Positions 34,211 to 37,142 of a stretch of DNA of 37,142 bases are shown here, in pieces. Origin of the DNA: Nemertoderma westbladi (taxonomy: Eukaryota > Animalia > Xenacoelomorpha); assembly GCA_032718475.1 (NCBI GenBank), contig JAUCBJ010000907.1:1-37142 (forward strand), given 5' to 3'. Below the pieces are notes generated by a model. The model worked only from the letters and a program-made list of their open reading frames with translations. It was not told the DNA's origin and made no database searches. Within the stretch, counting starts at the first letter, position 1, and each line of letters begins with the position of its first letter. The translations under genes and the position numbers were made by a program.

Positions 34211-36653
34211 CTAGAAAGTCTGACGGGTCGTCTGGAACGCCGTGGTCTGGCCAGGCGAGGTACTGAACGTGGGTAACGGTACGAACAGACTCGCTGCGAA
34301 TCGTCTCGTCGCCGTGGGGGGATAACTGAAACTCCCTGAAAGCGAAGGAGGCCGAGGCCTCCTCCTTGACGCAGACAACCCGCAGCCCCTCCTGCACCAC
34401 AGCGCCCCCCAGCGGGGGCCAATACTGATGACACTTTACTCTACCCCGCTCCACCGTAGTCGTCAACATAATAACCAGAGTGGCGCGCTGCTCCCACACC
34501 ATCCGCCAGAAGTGTCCCGAGGTACCCGGGAGCGGGCCCTGTGCCGCCACGTAGTGGTTGACTACCCCCGAACTCGGGATCTCCATGGTCACGTAGTTAG
34601 CGTTGATGTAGTCGGTCTGGGGGGGTTGCGGGGGGCCCGCGGCGGGGGGCGAGGGGGCCCGGCGGGGGGAGGAGCCCCCGCTCGGGGGGGCCAGTATGAC
34701 CCGCGTGCTGTCGTACGGGAGGATATCCCGGTAGCGGTTTCGAGGCGCGTTTTCAACGCGACGACTAATGTAGTTCGTCATCCCGGGACTCTTCCTGTAC
34801 AGCTGATCGAACAGTTGCCACAACAACCCGGACGCGATATCCCCTCGCAACGTCTCCATACTGTCCTCTAACGTCTCTTTGAACCCGTTAACCTCAGCGA
34901 CTTCCGGTTGGAACATAACGTCCGGCTCCTCGAGGAGTTCCTCGTCGTCGTCCTCTTCGTCTGCGACGTACACGTTGGGACGGACCGTCAGATACAACGG
35001 CTCGCCCCCGCCGCTGCGGCCCCGGATCGTCTCGATGACGTCATCGTGGTCCATCCGGGTCGCGTCGACCCCGTCGATCCGGAGGACCTGGTCGCCCTCG
35101 TTGAGTCGCGGGATCGCGAGGTCCGCCGGCGCGCCGGGGACCACGCGGGACACGATGACCGGCGCGCCCTCCGGCGCGGTGCCCTGATCCGCGCCGCCCT
35201 TCACGTTGAAGCCGAATCGCCCGCGGGCGTCCGGGCGAATCGCGACTACGACCAGCGAGGCGTCGTAGCTTCCCATCCCGTAGCCGTTGGGGAGGCAGAC
35301 CTCCGAGGGCGTCTCCGTGAGCAACCCGCCGGCGCTCGAGGCTGCGTGCGCGCTGGGCGACGAGAGACGGGGCGTCGTCGCCGACTTGGTACGTCGCGTC
35401 GCGCTCCCCGGGGCCGAACGGCCGCCCCGGAACGCCGCGAACTCCGAGAGTTTATCGAGTCCGTCGTCGACGGAAGCACGTCGCTTCCCGTCGAAGTCCT
35501 CGCTAATGTAGAGGTCCTGCGTTGAGGAAGGGGCGACCCGTCGTACGAACCGCTTGGAGGGCGACGCGCGGTTGAAACTACGTGAATGGACGAGCGGTCG
35601 GGACGACGAGATCGGTTCCGCGCTCGTCTGGTGCTGCGTCCTTCCGCTAAATCGAAACTTCGAACCCAAATGGAATAAATAATAACGGGGCGAAGATTTC
35701 GGTTCGCGCAGACGGAAGAAGGTGTGGCACTCCACGCAGGACTTCCACAAGGTTTTACAGGCGCGGTAATTCGGGAGGGTAAAGTTCACTAAAACGTCTT
35801 GTTCATCGTAACTCCCTCGACGCAACTGGATAAAAAACTGGCGCCCTTTGAAGGAAATCTTAACGATTTTGGACCAGCTGAATAGATTCCGCTTTGATTT
35901 ATTTACGTAAACGGCGACTCCGTAGGCGGTGACACCGAGGTTTAGCGAGAGTCCATCGTCGTTGGCCGCTTCGTAGATTTCCACCCCGTAGAACTCGAGA
36001 CGCCGAGCTCGGTCCAGGTAGGCGTACTCCGCCTCGGCGGGGGTCAACCCCGTGTGCAGTTTGTGTAGCTTTTGAATTTCCGAGTTGAGTTGTCTCGATG
36101 GCGAAGCTGAAAGTTTGAATTCCTTTGCGTAATCGTCGATGTGCTCGGACGAGTCGAAATCTCCGAGTTCCGACTGCACTGCGTAGGACCCTAAAACAGC
36201 AGCCGCGTTAAACGAAAGTGGAAGCTTCCCTGTAGAAATATCCAACTTAATTTGTAAGAAGAACAAGTATCTTGTGTACTCCTCGTGTAATTTAGATGGT
36301 TCCGAAACAAAAAATTTCACATGGAAATGAAATTGGAAGCTCGAATCGAAGCTTATAGGAACTTGTTTTCTTATTGATTTTGTGGCGTCCAGCCATCGCC
36401 ATTGATCCGAAGTCGAATCGTGGAATTGCAACCCGAAATAGGAACGTTCCTGTAAGTCCAGGAACTCGACAACAAGATTAAGAAGTTCTACACCCCTAGC
36501 GCGTCTTTCTACCTGGAAGGAATGCACCGTCTCATCTAAAAATCGTACATCACATAATAGAGTCTTGTCGTGGGATTTTTCTCGCCCAAAATCCAAGGCC
36601 TGAATATTGTAGGCCTTCAACCTTCTACTCATGGCATCAGATAGTTTCTGCAT
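34211..36653 (-). CDS. PTPN4: PTPN3/PTPN4 (PTP-MEG)-like phosphatase, large coding exon: FERM, FERM-adjacent, PDZ and N-terminal part of the PTP domain
   Basis: FERM (YFGLQF, WLDATKSIRKQ, VKFFVSEPSKLHEEYTRY), PDZ (GRFGFNVKGG) and PTP (NRYRDILPYD, DYINANY, AQGPL, WPDHGVP). Start is ATG 36653 or GCCATG 36632. Spliced product about 910-917 aa. PTPN3 versus PTPN4 cannot be resolved (likely co-orthologue). Confidence 0.95.
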
Positions 36654-37142
36654 CAAGGGAGAGTTATAGTGAATAAACAATAAATACAATAATGCAGTAC
36701 AGTACCACTGCAGTACAGACAGCACTACAGTAGTAGATACATACGAATATCACCGGTACGGTAGTCGGTAAGTTAGTATTAGCCTACTGAATACTGCAAT
36801 TAAACTCAATTACAGTCGGGCACATGACATAAATTTAAATAAATTTAAATTTGGATATATGACAGTATGAATTGAAATTTGGATGTAACTTATTATTATC
36901 GCCACGACATGCTCAATTTCAGAATTTCATTTAGACATGCTTATAATTTATTCTGGAAGTAAATAATTAAATTTTTAAATAATTAAATTTTATACTTTTG
37001 ATCGTACGGTTTTAAACGAAAAACATACGCTAGCGAAGCGAGCAAAATTTTTTCATTAACAATGCAAAATGAAAAAGATACGCGAGCAAAACTCAAAGTG
37101 AGCGAAATTTAGACATTCGAGCAATTTGACAATGGAAAATAA

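Noticed and set aside
34207-35525. Overlapping alternative-frame and antisense ORFs in the phosphatase exon
   Set aside because: Expected shadows of GC-rich coding sequence, with no recognisable motifs.
36654-36725. N-terminal extension MLSVLQWYCTALLYLLFIHYNSPL of the 848-aa ORF, and its C-terminal GELFYVYLVF tail
   Set aside because: The extension has a non-ATG start in AT-rich UTR- or intron-like sequence. The tail is read-through past the splice donor at 34210.

Overview
Eukaryotic, repeat-rich, AT-rich genomic DNA, most likely from an invertebrate animal. One clear protein-coding gene: a PTPN3/PTPN4 (PTP-MEG)-type FERM-PDZ-tyrosine phosphatase on the minus strand in only two coding exons (36653/36632..34211 and 27957..27647). 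Its 6.25 kb intron holds a decayed LINE and a 25/26-bp satellite. The left part has a 32/28-bp satellite with 156/312-bp higher-order structure, and a 63-bp satellite array carrying two identical tRNA-Pro(AGG) genes in a duplicated cassette plus a 5'-truncated RTE-like LINE with a target-site duplication. The most unusual object is a 5.54-kb TA-flanked element (11643..17182) with ~585-bp modular terminal inverted repeats, enclosing an IS630/Tc1-type DD32E transposase fused to an N-terminal RING-H2 finger and interrupted by one nonsense codon. Further MITE-like elements, a tRNA-derived SINE, hairpins, many poly(C) tracts and an RFX X-box-like cluster are present. All calls come from reading the sequence by eye; no database searches were run.
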